Positions 1 through 9,938 are shown, counted from the first letter of the stretch. The stretch: DNA of 64,000 nucleotides from an uncultured Alphaproteobacteria bacterium (GCA_963829625.1 CAWHJH010000005.1:1861-65860); one strand, 5' to 3'. Program-made: numbers and translations. The notes: a model not told the origin generated them from the sequence alone.

Positions 1-931
1 GTGACCCTAATGTCGTGTTCAGCCTCGACGCGCGCGGTGACATCGCCCTTGTCGGACAGGAAAGCCGCCGCATCGACCTCGATCCAGTAAGGCGCGAGAC
101 CTTCCACGCCCAGCACGAGGTGCCAGCGCGTGTCCGGGCGGGCGTCCAATCGAACGCCGGTCTGCAGGTTGAACCAGGGATTGATCGCGTGGCTCCACAA
201 GGCCTGGAACTCGGCCTGCTCGGGCTTGCGGCCGTATTCCCCCTCGATCTCCGTCTTTAGCCACAGCTTGTCGATATCGCCCCCGTACCAGCCTTCCGCG
301 TTCACGAAATATCCGTCACGGCCATTACGGATGCGCGTTTCCAGTTGGTCGATCAGCAGCTTGTATGCCGGCATATCCCCGTGTTCGCGCAACAGGACGG
401 CACGCGATGGGTTCATCGCTTCCCGACCCCAGATCGTTTCGGCAGCATTCGCCGGCCCGGCCAAGGCCTCGGCAGGAGCTGGACCGACTGGTGGAGCGGC
501 AACGTTGATGTCGTGGCCGGCATGAAGTCCGCTCCTGCCGTTTCTTCGGTGGGCATGACGTGCCCCGCGTGAGGATCGCTGACCGTCGGTTCCGTAGGCA
601 TCGAATGGCCAATATGGGGATCCACCTTGGCGGGCTCGGCCGGCACTTGGTGCCCCGCATGTGGGTCGACGGCTGACTTTGGGGATGACTTGGCCGCCGG
701 CTTTTTCGCAGGAGCCTTCTTCACGGTGTTCTTCGGCGAAGGCTTCTTCTTTGTCGTTGCTTTCTTCGTCGACGTCTTCTTGGCAGCCGCCTTTTTGGCG
801 GCAGGTTTTTTCGAGGGAGCCTTCTTCGCGGGCGCTCTGTGGCCAGCGTGCGGGTCATGTCCCGCATGCTGGGCAATCGCCGGCGTGGTCGCCAGGGCCG
901 AGGCGGCGAGCAGGAAGATTAGGCGCTTCAT
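1..931 (-). CDS. copB: Copper resistance outer-membrane protein CopB (runs off window edge; apparent 1-nt frameshift near 525)
   Basis: Signal peptide MKRLIFLLAASALA and DPHAGH repeats in ORF 413..931. A second frame continues HAGHDINVAAPP...LLIDQLETRIRNGRDGYFVNAEGWYGGDIDKLWLK...GLAPYWIEVDAAAF, typical of the CopB barrel. Overlaps the copA stop. Confidence 0.88.
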
Positions 932-2688
932 GCCCGCTCACCTTCCAGCGGCCGAACCTTCACCACACGCATCATGCCGGCGTGCATGTGATAGAGCAGA
1001 TGGCAGTGGAACGCCCAGTCGCCCGGCGCGTCCGCGGTCATATCGAGGTCGATGTAGCCACCTGGCAGCACCCTCACAGTATGCTTCAGCGGCTGATGCG
1101 AACCGTGGCCATTCACCAGCTGCCAGAAATGCCCGTGGATGTGCATCGGGTGGGTCATCATCGTATCGTTGATGAGCCGCATGCGAACTCGCTCGTTCCG
1201 AGCGAAGCGATAGGGCTCCGGATTCTCACTCAACTGCTCGCCGTCCATGGACCACATGAAGCGCTCCATGTTTCCGGTCAGGTGGATGTCGATCCGTCGT
1301 GTCGGCGGCCGCTGGTCGTGGAACGGTTTCAGAGCGACCAGGTCTTTGTAGGTCAGGACGCGATGGCCGACGTCATCCAGTCCGATACCGGGATCGCCCA
1401 CCCGGTCCATGGGCATGGGAGCGATCATGTCGACGCCTACGCCCACCGGGAAGTTCACCTTGGACTTGTCGCGCATCTTCATGTCGCCATGGTCCATCGG
1501 CGCAGCGGGAGCTGACGGGGCCGAGCCGTGCCCCATGGCCGAATGATCCATCGGCTCGCTCGAGGCGCCGTGGTCCATGCCCATGTCCTTCATGCGCAGG
1601 ACCGGCCTCTTGCGGAGCGGGGGAACCGCGGCGCGCATCCCTTCGCGCGGAGCCAAGGTGGCAACTCCCATTCCGGAACGGTCGATCGTCTCGGCGACGA
1701 AGGTGTAGGCGAGGTCGCCAGGGCTGACGATCACGTCGTAAGTTTCGGCATTGCCGATCTGGAGCTCGTCGACCTCCACCGGCCGGACGTCGATCCCATC
1801 GGTGGCGACCACGGTCATCGGCAGCCCAGGAATACGCAGGTTGAAGATCGTCTGGGCGGCGGCGTTGATGATCCGCAGCCGGACGCGTTCGCCGGGACGG
1901 AAGAGGCCGGTCCAGTTTTCGCCCGGCGCGTGGCCATTGATCAGATATTTGTAGGCGGCTGCAGTCACGTCCGAGATGTCGGTTGGGTCCATCCGCATCC
2001 TGGCAAACATCGCGCGCTCGTCCGCCGTAAGCGGGTTGGTGCCCTTCAGCCGGTCTTCGAGCGTGAGCTTTTGCCGGTTGAATATGCCCGGCTCTTTCTT
2101 GAGCTGGGTGAAGAGTCTGTGCGGGTGCATGAAGGTCCAGTCGGACAGCAGGATCACGTGCTCGCGGTCGTAGGCGACCGCTTCGGGCCCGGCAGGATCA
2201 ATGATGATCGGTCCATAATGCCCGACCTGCTCCTGAAGGCCGGAATGACTATGGTACCAGTAGGTGCCGGACTGCCTGACGGGAAACTCATAGACGAAGG
2301 TCGACTTCGCCTTGATGCCGGGGAAGCTGACCCCGGGGACCCCGTCCATCTGGAATGGAACGAGCAGGCCGTGCCAGTGGATCGACGTGTCCTCGCCAAG
2401 CTCGTTGCGAATGGCGAGCCTGACATTCTCGCCTTCCTTCAGACGGACGAGCGGTCCCGGGATCGTGCCATTCATCGCGACGGCATGGCCGGTCCGGCCG
2501 TCCACGGTGAAGGAGTGCCGGGCCACGGTGATCGCGAGATCATTGCCGGCGAGCGTGCTGCTGCCCTTCGCGGCGGCAAGGCCCGGGCTGACGCTCATCG
2601 CCCATGCCGGATAGAGCCCGGCGCCGCTTGCGGCAGCCGCACCCCCGGCAAGAAATGCCCGCCGACTGACTGAGGTCAATTCATTCAT
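928..2688 (-). CDS. copA: CopA-family multicopper oxidase, Tat-exported
   Basis: SRRAFL Tat motif; HWHG, WYHSH, HPMHIHG and HCHLLYHMHAGM copper ligands; Met-rich linker; start taken at MNELTS. Confidence 0.96.
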   Translation of the reverse strand: MNELTSVSRRAFLAGGAAAASGAGLYPAWAMSVSPGLAAAKGSSTLAGNDLAITVARHSFTVDGRTGHAVAMNGTIPGPLVRLKEGENVRLAIRNELGEDTSIHWHGLLVPFQMDGVPGVSFPGIKAKSTFVYEFPVRQSGTYWYHSHSGLQEQVGHYGPIIIDPAGPEAVAYDREHVILLSDWTFMHPHRLFTQLKKEPGIFNRQKLTLEDRLKGTNPLTADERAMFARMRMDPTDISDVTAAAYKYLINGHAPGENWTGLFRPGERVRLRIINAAAQTIFNLRIPGLPMTVVATDGIDVRPVEVDELQIGNAETYDVIVSPGDLAYTFVAETIDRSGMGVATLAPREGMRAAVPPLRKRPVLRMKDMGMDHGASSEPMDHSAMGHGSAPSAPAAPMDHGDMKMRDKSKVNFPVGVGVDMIAPMPMDRVGDPGIGLDDVGHRVLTYKDLVALKPFHDQRPPTRRIDIHLTGNMERFMWSMDGEQLSENPEPYRFARNERVRMRLINDTMMTHPMHIHGHFWQLVNGHGSHQPLKHTVRVLPGGYIDLDMTADAPGDWAFHCHLLYHMHAGMMRVVKVRPLEGERA

Positions 2689-2737
2689 GAAAGATTCCTC
2701 GCCCGACAATCGGGCGTCGATCTGTTCAAGGACGGTA

Positions 2738-2762
2738 GGCGCCGCCCACGCGGGGCGGCGCC
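2738..2762 (-). terminator. GC-rich hairpin between the small His-rich gene and copA
   Basis: GGCGCCGCCC-acgc-GGGGCGGCGCC inverted repeat; an equivalent hairpin follows the paralog at 23452-23480. No clear U-tract. Confidence 0.5.
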
Positions 2763-2769
2763 ATCCCAA

Positions 2770-3036
2770 TTAGTTAGCGTGGCCTTCGTGGCCCTCATGC
2801 CCGGACGGTGCAGGAGCCGCCGACTTGGCGTGCGCCTTGTCCATGCACTCCATCTTGCCGTCCTTGCCCTTCATCTTCTCGCAGCATTCCTTGCAGTCAT
2901 GCTTGCCTTGCTGATGCTTGCTGTGATCCATGCCCTGGTGCTGGGCATGGCCCGCGTGGGGGTCGGCGGCCGGAGCGGCCTGCGCGGACACGGGGGCGGC
3001 GATGATGAGCGCGATTGCGCCGATGAGCGTCTTCAT
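2770..3036 (-). CDS. Small secreted His/Cys/Met-rich metal-binding protein (88 aa)
   Basis: MKTLIGAIALIIAAPVSAQ signal peptide; DPHAGHAQHQGMDH and CKECCEKM...MECMD; GGAG SD; near-identical paralog at 23488..23748. Confidence 0.85.
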   Translation of the reverse strand: MKTLIGAIALIIAAPVSAQAAPAADPHAGHAQHQGMDHSKHQQGKHDCKECCEKMKGKDGKMECMDKAHAKSAAPAPSGHEGHEGHAN

Positions 3037-3082
3037 GTGAAATTCTCCAGAATGCTGTTTGGTTTGAAGGACTGGGTGAGTC

Positions 3083-3391
3083 TCAGGACAGCTTTGGAGG
3101 CGGGGTTGCGATTTCCGGCTGGGTGTCCGACAGGGCGTGAACGACCGAGATGACGATCGGCGCTTGCGGACGGAGTTCCGCGACCTCGGCGGCTGCAACC
3201 GCCGGTAGCGCCGCGCATGTGGCGCATTGCATTTCCATCTCGGCAGGGGCGTCGGCCGGCTTCCGATCTTCGTCGCAATGCCCGGAGACGGAGCTGGCAG
3301 CGCTCGCCGCCATGGCAGGCGCATTCGCCATGCCGAACGGCATAAGCGTCAGCGCGATCAGCATCGCGAGCCTTAGGAGTACCGCGGGCAT
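3083..3391 (-). CDS. CutF/CopL/DUF2946-like copper-sensing leader protein
   Basis: Hydrophobic N-terminal signal, HC...CATC motif, C-terminal PEIATPPPKLS; paralog at 23790..24101. Confidence 0.75.
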   Translation of the reverse strand: MPAVLLRLAMLIALTLMPFGMANAPAMAASAASSVSGHCDEDRKPADAPAEMEMQCATCAALPAVAAAEVAELRPQAPIVISVVHALSDTQPEIATPPPKLS

Positions 3392-3397
3392 GCCGGC

Positions 3398-3426
3398 GAC
3401 ATAGGCAGGTGAACCTTTCGCCGCAA
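3398..3426 (-). promoter_or_regulatory. Putative sigma70 promoter for a leaderless transcript of the leader gene
   Basis: TTGCGG-N17-TATGTC, 6 nt before the ATG; same architecture at 24109-24137. Confidence 0.55.
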
Positions 3427-3480
3427 TGACCGAGATCATTCCTCGGCTCGTCCAAAAAGCCGCCGAGGCACCACCGGACT

Positions 3481-5883
3481 TCATAACTTTACCCCTCGCA
3501 AGCGGAGTGAATTGCCAATGACTGCGACCGAGCTGAAGGCCATAGCGGCGCCGGCAATGATCGGGCTGAGCAGTAGACCCAACGCTGGGTAGAGCACGCC
3601 TGCGGCGATGGGCACTCCCGCCGCGTTGAAAACGAAGCTGAAAAAGAGGTTTTCGCGGATGTTGCGCATCGTCGCACGGCTGAGGCGACGCGCACGGACG
3701 ATGCCGCCCAAGTCGCCCTTGACCAGCGTCACTGCCGCGCTCTCCATCGCGACGTCCGTACCCGTCCCCATGGCGATACCCACATCGGCCGCCGCAAGCG
3801 CGGGTGCGTCATTGATGCCGTCACCGGCCATGGCGACGCGGCGCCCGACGTTTCGCAGCTCCGCAACCTTCGCCTGTTTCTGGTCAGGAAGGACTTCGGC
3901 ACTCACCTCATCGATGCCAACTCTGCGCGCGACAGCTTCGGCGGTCCGGCGGTTGTCCCCAGTCATCATGACGACGTGAATTCCCGATCGCTGCAGCTGC
4001 CGCACTGCTTCGACGGCGCTTTCCTTGATCGGATCGGCCACGACGAGCAGCCCGGCTAACGTCTGATCCACGGCGACGAACATAACGCCCTCGCCCTGAG
4101 AGCGATGCTCGTCGGCCGTCGCCTCCAGTTCGGCAGTGTCGATGCCGAGCTCCGCCAGCAGCGCCTTGTTCCCGAGTGCGACCTGATGGCCGTCCACAAG
4201 ACCCGTGACGCCCTTGCCGGTGTGCGATTGGAACTGCTCACTCTGTGGCAGCTGGATCGCTCGGTCCTGGGCACCCTCTACTATTGCCGCGGCCAGAGGA
4301 TGTTCGCTGCCCCGCTCGAGTGATGCAGCCAGCGTCAGGACCTGATCTTCGTCGAAGCCGCTGGCCAGTTCGATGCCCACCAGTCGGGGCTTGCCGACCG
4401 TCAGCGTGCCGGTCTTGTCGACGACGAGGGTGTCGACCTTCTCCATCAACTCGAGTGCTTCGGCGTTCTTGACGAGCACGCCGGCCGTCGCCCCGCGACC
4501 CGTCCCGACCATGATCGACATCGGCGTTGCAAGCCCCAGCGCACATGGGCAGGCGATGATCAGCACGGCAATTGCATTCACCAGGGCATAGGTGAGTCGG
4601 GGCTCCGGACCGACCAGGGCCCAGGCGATGAAGGCGATGATCGCCACCCCGACGACGACGGGAACGAACCAGGCGGAGACCTTGTCCGCGAGCGCCTGTA
4701 TGGGAGCGCGCGATCGCTGTGCCTCCGCGACCATGCGCACGATCTGCGACAGCATGGTGTCCCTGCCGACGCGCTCAGCCCGCATCAGTAGGCTGCCGGT
4801 CCCATTCACGGTCGCTCCGGTGACTTTCCCGCCAGGAAGCTTCTCGACCGGCACCGGCTCGCCGCTGATCATAGACTCGTCGACGGAGCTATGACCCTCG
4901 ACGACTACTCCATCGACGGGCACCTTTTCCCCAGGCCGGACCCGAAGGACGTCACCGACATGAATGTGCTCGAGCGGAATGTCCTCTTCGCTTCCATCAG
5001 CCTTGACCCGCCGCGCGTTCTTCGGAGCCAGGCCGAGCAGTGCACGGATTGCCTTACCGGTTGCCGAGCGGGCGCGCAGCTCAAGCACTTGCCCTAGAAG
5101 AACAAGCGTCGTGATCACCGCCGCGGCCTCGAAATAGACAGGGACAGCCCCGCCCATGGTCCGGAACGAGGCCGGGAACAGGTGAGGCCACAGAGTGGCG
5201 ACAAGACTGTAGCTGTAGGCCACGCCTACGCCGAGCCCGATGAGCGTGAACATGTTCAGATTGCGCGTCTTGAGCGATGCCCAGAAGCGTTCGAAGAAGG
5301 GCAGCCCGCCCCACAGTACCACCGGCGTCGCCAAGCCGAGCTGCGCCCAGGGGGAGACGCGCATCGGCAAAATCTCCCAGCCGAGCAGCTCCGTTCCGAC
5401 GACAAGCAGGGCCAGCGGCAGAGTGAATGCCGTACTCACCCAAAACCGCCGGCTCATGTCGATCAGCTCGGGATTGGGACCCTCGTCCAGTGACGGCTCG
5501 AGCGGTTCCAGCGCCATTCCGCAGATCGGGCATTGCCCTGGACCGTCGCGCCGGATCTCCGGATGCATCGGACACGTCCAGATCGTGCCTTCGGCGGCCT
5601 GCGGCAGGGCGCCCATGCCTGGGCTGTGCAATGCCGGATCGTGCGCAGGCGGGTTGAGATAGCGGTCCGGATCGGCCTTGAACTTCTCAAGGCAACCGGC
5701 GCTGCAGAAGTAATAGTCGGTATCTGCAAGTTGGAGGTTGTGAGCAGCGTTACGGGTGTCGACGTTCATTCCACACACCGGATCACGCACGATTGTTCCA
5801 TGCTCGCTCGGCGCGGATGAGTGGTTGTGGCCGCAATGTCCTGACACGGCGTCGTGCTCACGCTCATGGATCGAGGCCGACAT
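3481..5883 (-). CDS. Cu(I)/Ag(I)-translocating P1B-type ATPase with YHS and heavy-metal-binding domains
   Basis: DPVCGM...YYFCSAGC (YHS); WTCPMHPEI...CPICGM; CPC; DKTGT; SEHP; GDGIND; MAFSS. Confidence 0.96.
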   Translation of the reverse strand: MSASIHEREHDAVSGHCGHNHSSAPSEHGTIVRDPVCGMNVDTRNAAHNLQLADTDYYFCSAGCLEKFKADPDRYLNPPAHDPALHSPGMGALPQAAEGTIWTCPMHPEIRRDGPGQCPICGMALEPLEPSLDEGPNPELIDMSRRFWVSTAFTLPLALLVVGTELLGWEILPMRVSPWAQLGLATPVVLWGGLPFFERFWASLKTRNLNMFTLIGLGVGVAYSYSLVATLWPHLFPASFRTMGGAVPVYFEAAAVITTLVLLGQVLELRARSATGKAIRALLGLAPKNARRVKADGSEEDIPLEHIHVGDVLRVRPGEKVPVDGVVVEGHSSVDESMISGEPVPVEKLPGGKVTGATVNGTGSLLMRAERVGRDTMLSQIVRMVAEAQRSRAPIQALADKVSAWFVPVVVGVAIIAFIAWALVGPEPRLTYALVNAIAVLIIACPCALGLATPMSIMVGTGRGATAGVLVKNAEALELMEKVDTLVVDKTGTLTVGKPRLVGIELASGFDEDQVLTLAASLERGSEHPLAAAIVEGAQDRAIQLPQSEQFQSHTGKGVTGLVDGHQVALGNKALLAELGIDTAELEATADEHRSQGEGVMFVAVDQTLAGLLVVADPIKESAVEAVRQLQRSGIHVVMMTGDNRRTAEAVARRVGIDEVSAEVLPDQKQAKVAELRNVGRRVAMAGDGINDAPALAAADVGIAMGTGTDVAMESAAVTLVKGDLGGIVRARRLSRATMRNIRENLFFSFVFNAAGVPIAAGVLYPALGLLLSPIIAGAAMAFSSVAVIGNSLRLRGVKL

Positions 5884-5912
5884 CTGTCTCTCCTTGTGAT
5901 CGAGTCGGCCCC

Positions 5913-5944
5913 AATATGCCGTCCGTACTATGGTACGGAGTCAA
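5913..5944 (-). promoter_or_regulatory. MerR/CueR-type promoter with palindromic operator
   Basis: TTGACT-[CCGTACCATAGTACGG acgg]-CATATT; 20-bp spacer containing a dyad; directly upstream of the ATPase. Confidence 0.75.
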
Positions 5945-5974
5945 GGCTGCGCTTACCGCAGCGGCCCGAGCGCG

Positions 5975-6147
5975 TCAGGGCTTTGGCTTGTCCTGCGGCT
6001 TGTCCTTAGCCGCATCATGGCTCGAGTGTGCGGCCATGCCCTGATGCATACGCATCATTTTCCGTCATCATCGTATGCATCTCGTGCATCTCGCGCATGC
6101 GACAGCCGCACCCACGCTCAGCGCGATAATGATTGCGCCATCGTCCA
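5975..6147 (-). pseudogene. Fragmentary small Met/His-rich exported protein gene
   Basis: Pieces in different frames: IIIALSVGAAVA, MREMHEMHTMMTE, MMRMHQGMAAHSSHDAAKDKPQDKPKP*. Confidence 0.4.
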
Positions 6148-8707
6148 CTAAGGGGACTTATCACTTGCAGGCGAAGGCACTGCAAATGTCCGCTTTCCAC
6201 CCATTGCGGACATTAGCGTAGTGTCTGCTTTCGACCCAAAGCGGACAAAAACACCTGAGCAGACTACGGTCTCGTCAACTACGGCCAAGAGACTCTCGAA
6301 CGGCGCGTGCCAGTTGGTATCGAGCGCGTAGTTTACCGCTGCATGATTGCTGAAAAAGGTGCCATTCACCTGCCCAAGCCAATTAGTGACAGTCCCGTTA
6401 TCATGCCGCAATAATACGTCATCGCGCCCGTCTCCGTTGAAGTCGCCGATGCTGGCTACGTCCCAGCCGGACGGAAGCGAGTAGGCGGCGGAGACGTGGT
6501 TGCTGAAGAAGGCGCCCTCGGACTGTCCCAGCCAATTCGTGATTGCACCATCCTGGTGACGGAGAAGAACATCATCTCGCCCGTCGCCGTTGAAGTCGCC
6601 GATGCCCAACACGTTCCAAGCCGTCGGCAGCGCATAGTTGGCGGTCCCGTGATTGCTCAGGAAGCCACCATTCGCCTGGCCCAACCAGTTCGTGACCGCG
6701 CCATTGTCGTGCCGCAGTAGGACGTCCTCCCGTCCGTCGCCATTGAAGTCGCCCGTACCTTCAACGTGCCACTGGCTTGCAAGGTCATAGGTCGCCGTTG
6801 TGTGATTGCTATGGAAGCCGCCGTCGGCTTGCCCCAGCCATTCAGTTATGGTGCCGCTATCGTGGCGAAGCAGGACGTCATCACGTCCGTCGCCATTGAA
6901 GTCGCCCATTCCCGCGACATGCCACGCAAGGGGAAGTGGATAGGACCCCACGGATTGATTGCCCGAAAAGCTACCATTGGGCTGCCCGAGCCAATTGGTA
7001 ACGCTCCCACTGTCATTTCGCAGAAGGATGTCGTCCCGGCCATCGCCGTTGAAGTCCGCGACGCCCACAACATGCCAAGCCGCCGGCAGCACGTGATTGG
7101 CGGCCGCATGGTTGCTGAAGAAGCCACCATTCGCCTGACCGAGCCAGTCCGTGATGGTCCCGTTGCCGTGCTGCAGGAGGACGTCGTCGCGGCCATCGCC
7201 GTTGAAATCGCCCGCATTGTACCGAACGACGTCGAACAGTCCCCGGCCGAATATGACGTGAACCTGGCCGGCGTCGGCTCCGCCGGCATCGCCGTTAGGT
7301 ACGCCGACAAGCAGATCATCAAAGCCGTCGCCGTTTACATCGCCGGCGCCGGATACGCTGAAGCCCGCAACGTCATAACTGCTGTCTCCCTGGATCTTGA
7401 ACCCCGCGCTCGGGGCCAAATTCCCCAGGTCGATCGTTCCGAAGCCGGTGGCCTTGCCGAAGATCACATAGGCTCTTCCCGGAGTGGGTGTCGCTAAACG
7501 GCGCAGAAATGATAATGTCATGAAAGCCGTCGCCATTGACGTCGCCCGCGCCGGAAACGCTGTAGCCTGCAACGTCGTAATTACTCTCACCCTGGATCTT
7601 GAACCCCGCGGCCGCTGCCAGGTTCGTCAGGTCGATCGTTCCAAAGCCGGTGGCATTGCCGAAGATCACATAGGCTTCACCAGCATCGGTGCCGCCATCG
7701 TCGCCGAGCGGTGCGCCTATGATGATGTCGTCAAAACCATCGTTGTTCACGTCTCCTGCACCGGCCACGCTGAAACCTGCCCAATCGCCGCCGGAATCGC
7801 CCTGGATCCTGAAGCCATTCGGAGGAGCAAGAGCACCGGCATCGATATTGGTGAAACCGGTGGCTTTCCCGAAGATCACATAGGCTTCACCAGCACCACC
7901 GGCGCCATAGAGGTCGCCGAGGATGATATCGTCGAAGCCGTCTCCGTTGATGTCACCGGCTGCAGCGATGCTGAAGTTGCTCCAGCCGTCCGAACTCGTG
8001 CTTGTGACCTTGAATCCGTCAGTAGCCGCAAGTGTCGACAGATTGATCGTGGCTGCCGGGTTCGCCTTGCCAAAGAGCACGTAGGCGCTTGGGGTCGTGT
8101 CGTAGGCATAATAATAGCTCCAGCCACCAATATTAGGCACGCGCGACGTTACGATGAGGTCGTCGAAGCCATCTCCGTTGATGTCACCGGCCGAAGAGAC
8201 ATCGTAGCCCGCGGCGTTCTGCGGCGCGGGACCCTGGATGACGAAACCGCTGCCGGCGGCAAGAGCGGTCAGGTCTACCGTGCCGAAACCGCTTGCCTTG
8301 CCGTAGATGACGTAAGCCTCGCCTGCGTTCTCGGAGGCGTTGTCGCCGAAGGGAGCGCCGACGATGATATCGTCGAAACCGTCGCCATTCACGTCGCCGG
8401 CGCCCGATACGCTCCAACCCGCCCGGTCGTATGCAGCGTCGCCGCGAATGACGAAGCCATTCGCGGGCTGAAGGTTCGCCAGGTCGATCGTTCCGATACC
8501 CCCGGCCTTGCCAAAAATAACATAGGCCGACCCCGCATCCAGGCCCGCGTCATCGTTTCCCGGAGATCCGATTATGAAGTCGTCGAAGCCATCGTTGTTG
8601 ATATCGCCGGCTGACGACACGCTGACGCCCACCCGATCTCCCGGGTCATCGCCCAGGATCGTGAAGCCGCCGAAGTTCAATGCGCCGAGATGGATCACCG
8701 TGGACAT
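6148..8707 (-). CDS. Large FG-GAP protein: 7 integrin-alpha-type repeats plus 6 C-terminal 51-aa DFNGDG repeats (frameshift near 7478)
   Basis: Repeated GDVNGDGFDDIIIGAP...GEAYVIFG units (ORF 7373..8770) continue in ORF 6148..7590 after one extra base at TCCGGGAAGAGCCTAT. Confidence 0.85.
6185..6247. repeat. Two tandem copies of a short hairpin (REP-like) element
   Basis: AATGTCCGC-tttccacccatt-GCGGACATT (6185-6214) and TGTCTGCTTT-cgaccc-AAAGCGGACA (6222-6247). Confidence 0.8.
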
Positions 8708-8882
8708 CGGAGTCGTCCTTCCGTGTCGCGACGGAGCTCTTGTACCATGCTCCGGATCAAATTCACTCATGATGATAAAACGATCATTTGCTGATCATGT
8801 GAGTAAAGGAACAAACTATCGTTGATTTTGCGCGACGACTGGCGCCAATTGAGCGCTTGGACAGCGTCCGAGGAGCGCGGGT

Positions 8883-9938
8883 ATGTCCGCTGATGATGTT
8901 CACGGCGAAAAGTTCGCGCTTACCTCTTCGCGGAATTTCCCCGAATGGCTGGCGGCAACTCGCATGTCGGTGGCCTTCACTACTTATCAGGCCGGCAAGC
9001 TTTTCCTGCTGGGGGTGAGATCAGATGGCCGACTGTCGGTTTTCGAGCGGACTTTCGCGCGAAGCATGGGGCTGGCTGTCAACGTCGACGGTCGCAGCCT
9101 GGCGCTAGCGACGCAGTACCAGATCCACCGCTTCGACAATGTCCTGCCGACCGGGCAGGTCAGCCCCGACGGCTTTGACGCAGTCTTTGCGCCACACGTG
9201 GGATGGGTAACCGGCGACGTCGACGCGCACGACGTCAGCTTCGCATCGGACGGTCGGCCTCTTTTCGTCAACACGAAGTTCTCCTGCCTTGCCACGGTAA
9301 GCGACGGCCACAGCTTCAAGCCAATCTGGACTCCCCCGTTCATTTCGCGGCTTGCGCCAGAGGACCGCTGTCATCTGAACGGCCTCGCACCAGAAGACGG
9401 TCGTCCCCGCTACGTCACAGCGGTCTCGCGCTCGGACGCCGCCGACGGGTGGCGCGACCGACGCGCCGACGGGGGCATCGTCATAGACGTCGAGAAAGAT
9501 GCGATTGTCGTCGAAGGCCTCTCGATGCCGCATTCGCCACGGCTTCATGATGGGCGGCTGTGGCTGCTAAATTCTGGTGCCGGAGAATTCGGGTACGTCG
9601 ACATTCACTCTGGCCGGTTCGAAACCGTTGCATTCTGCCCGGGATATGCGCGCGGCCTCGCATTTATCGGCCGGCATGCGATCCTGGGTCTTTCGATGCC
9701 CCGCGAAAACCGCACGTTTTCCGGGCTACCACTCGACGCTGCCCTGCAAGCGCGTAACACCGATCCCCGCTGCGGCCTTGCAATCGTCGATCTCGATAAC
9801 GGCGACATGGTCGCCTGGGTGCGCATCGAGGGAGTTGTTCGCGAGCTTTACGACGTCGCCGTGCTGCCGGCTGTCCGGCCGTCATTGATCGGTTTCAAGA
9901 CGGACGAGGTTCGGTACGTACTCTCGATCGATCAGTGA
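8883..9938 (+). CDS. TIGR03032 (DUF4915) family protein
   Basis: FTTYQAGKLF, FERTF.R.MGL, TGDVDAHD, FVNT.FSCL, PEDRCHLNGLA, SMPHSPR, FCPGYARGL motifs. Confidence 0.88.
   Translation: MSADDVHGEKFALTSSRNFPEWLAATRMSVAFTTYQAGKLFLLGVRSDGRLSVFERTFARSMGLAVNVDGRSLALATQYQIHRFDNVLPTGQVSPDGFDAVFAPHVGWVTGDVDAHDVSFASDGRPLFVNTKFSCLATVSDGHSFKPIWTPPFISRLAPEDRCHLNGLAPEDGRPRYVTAVSRSDAADGWRDRRADGGIVIDVEKDAIVVEGLSMPHSPRLHDGRLWLLNSGAGEFGYVDIHSGRFETVAFCPGYARGLAFIGRHAILGLSMPRENRTFSGLPLDAALQARNTDPRCGLAIVDLDNGDMVAWVRIEGVVRELYDVAVLPAVRPSLIGFKTDEVRYVLSIDQ

Noticed and set aside
6145-6180. CCACTAAGGGGACTTATCACTTGCAGG as a possible IS end
   Set aside because: No partner inverted repeat, target duplication or transposase seen in the window.
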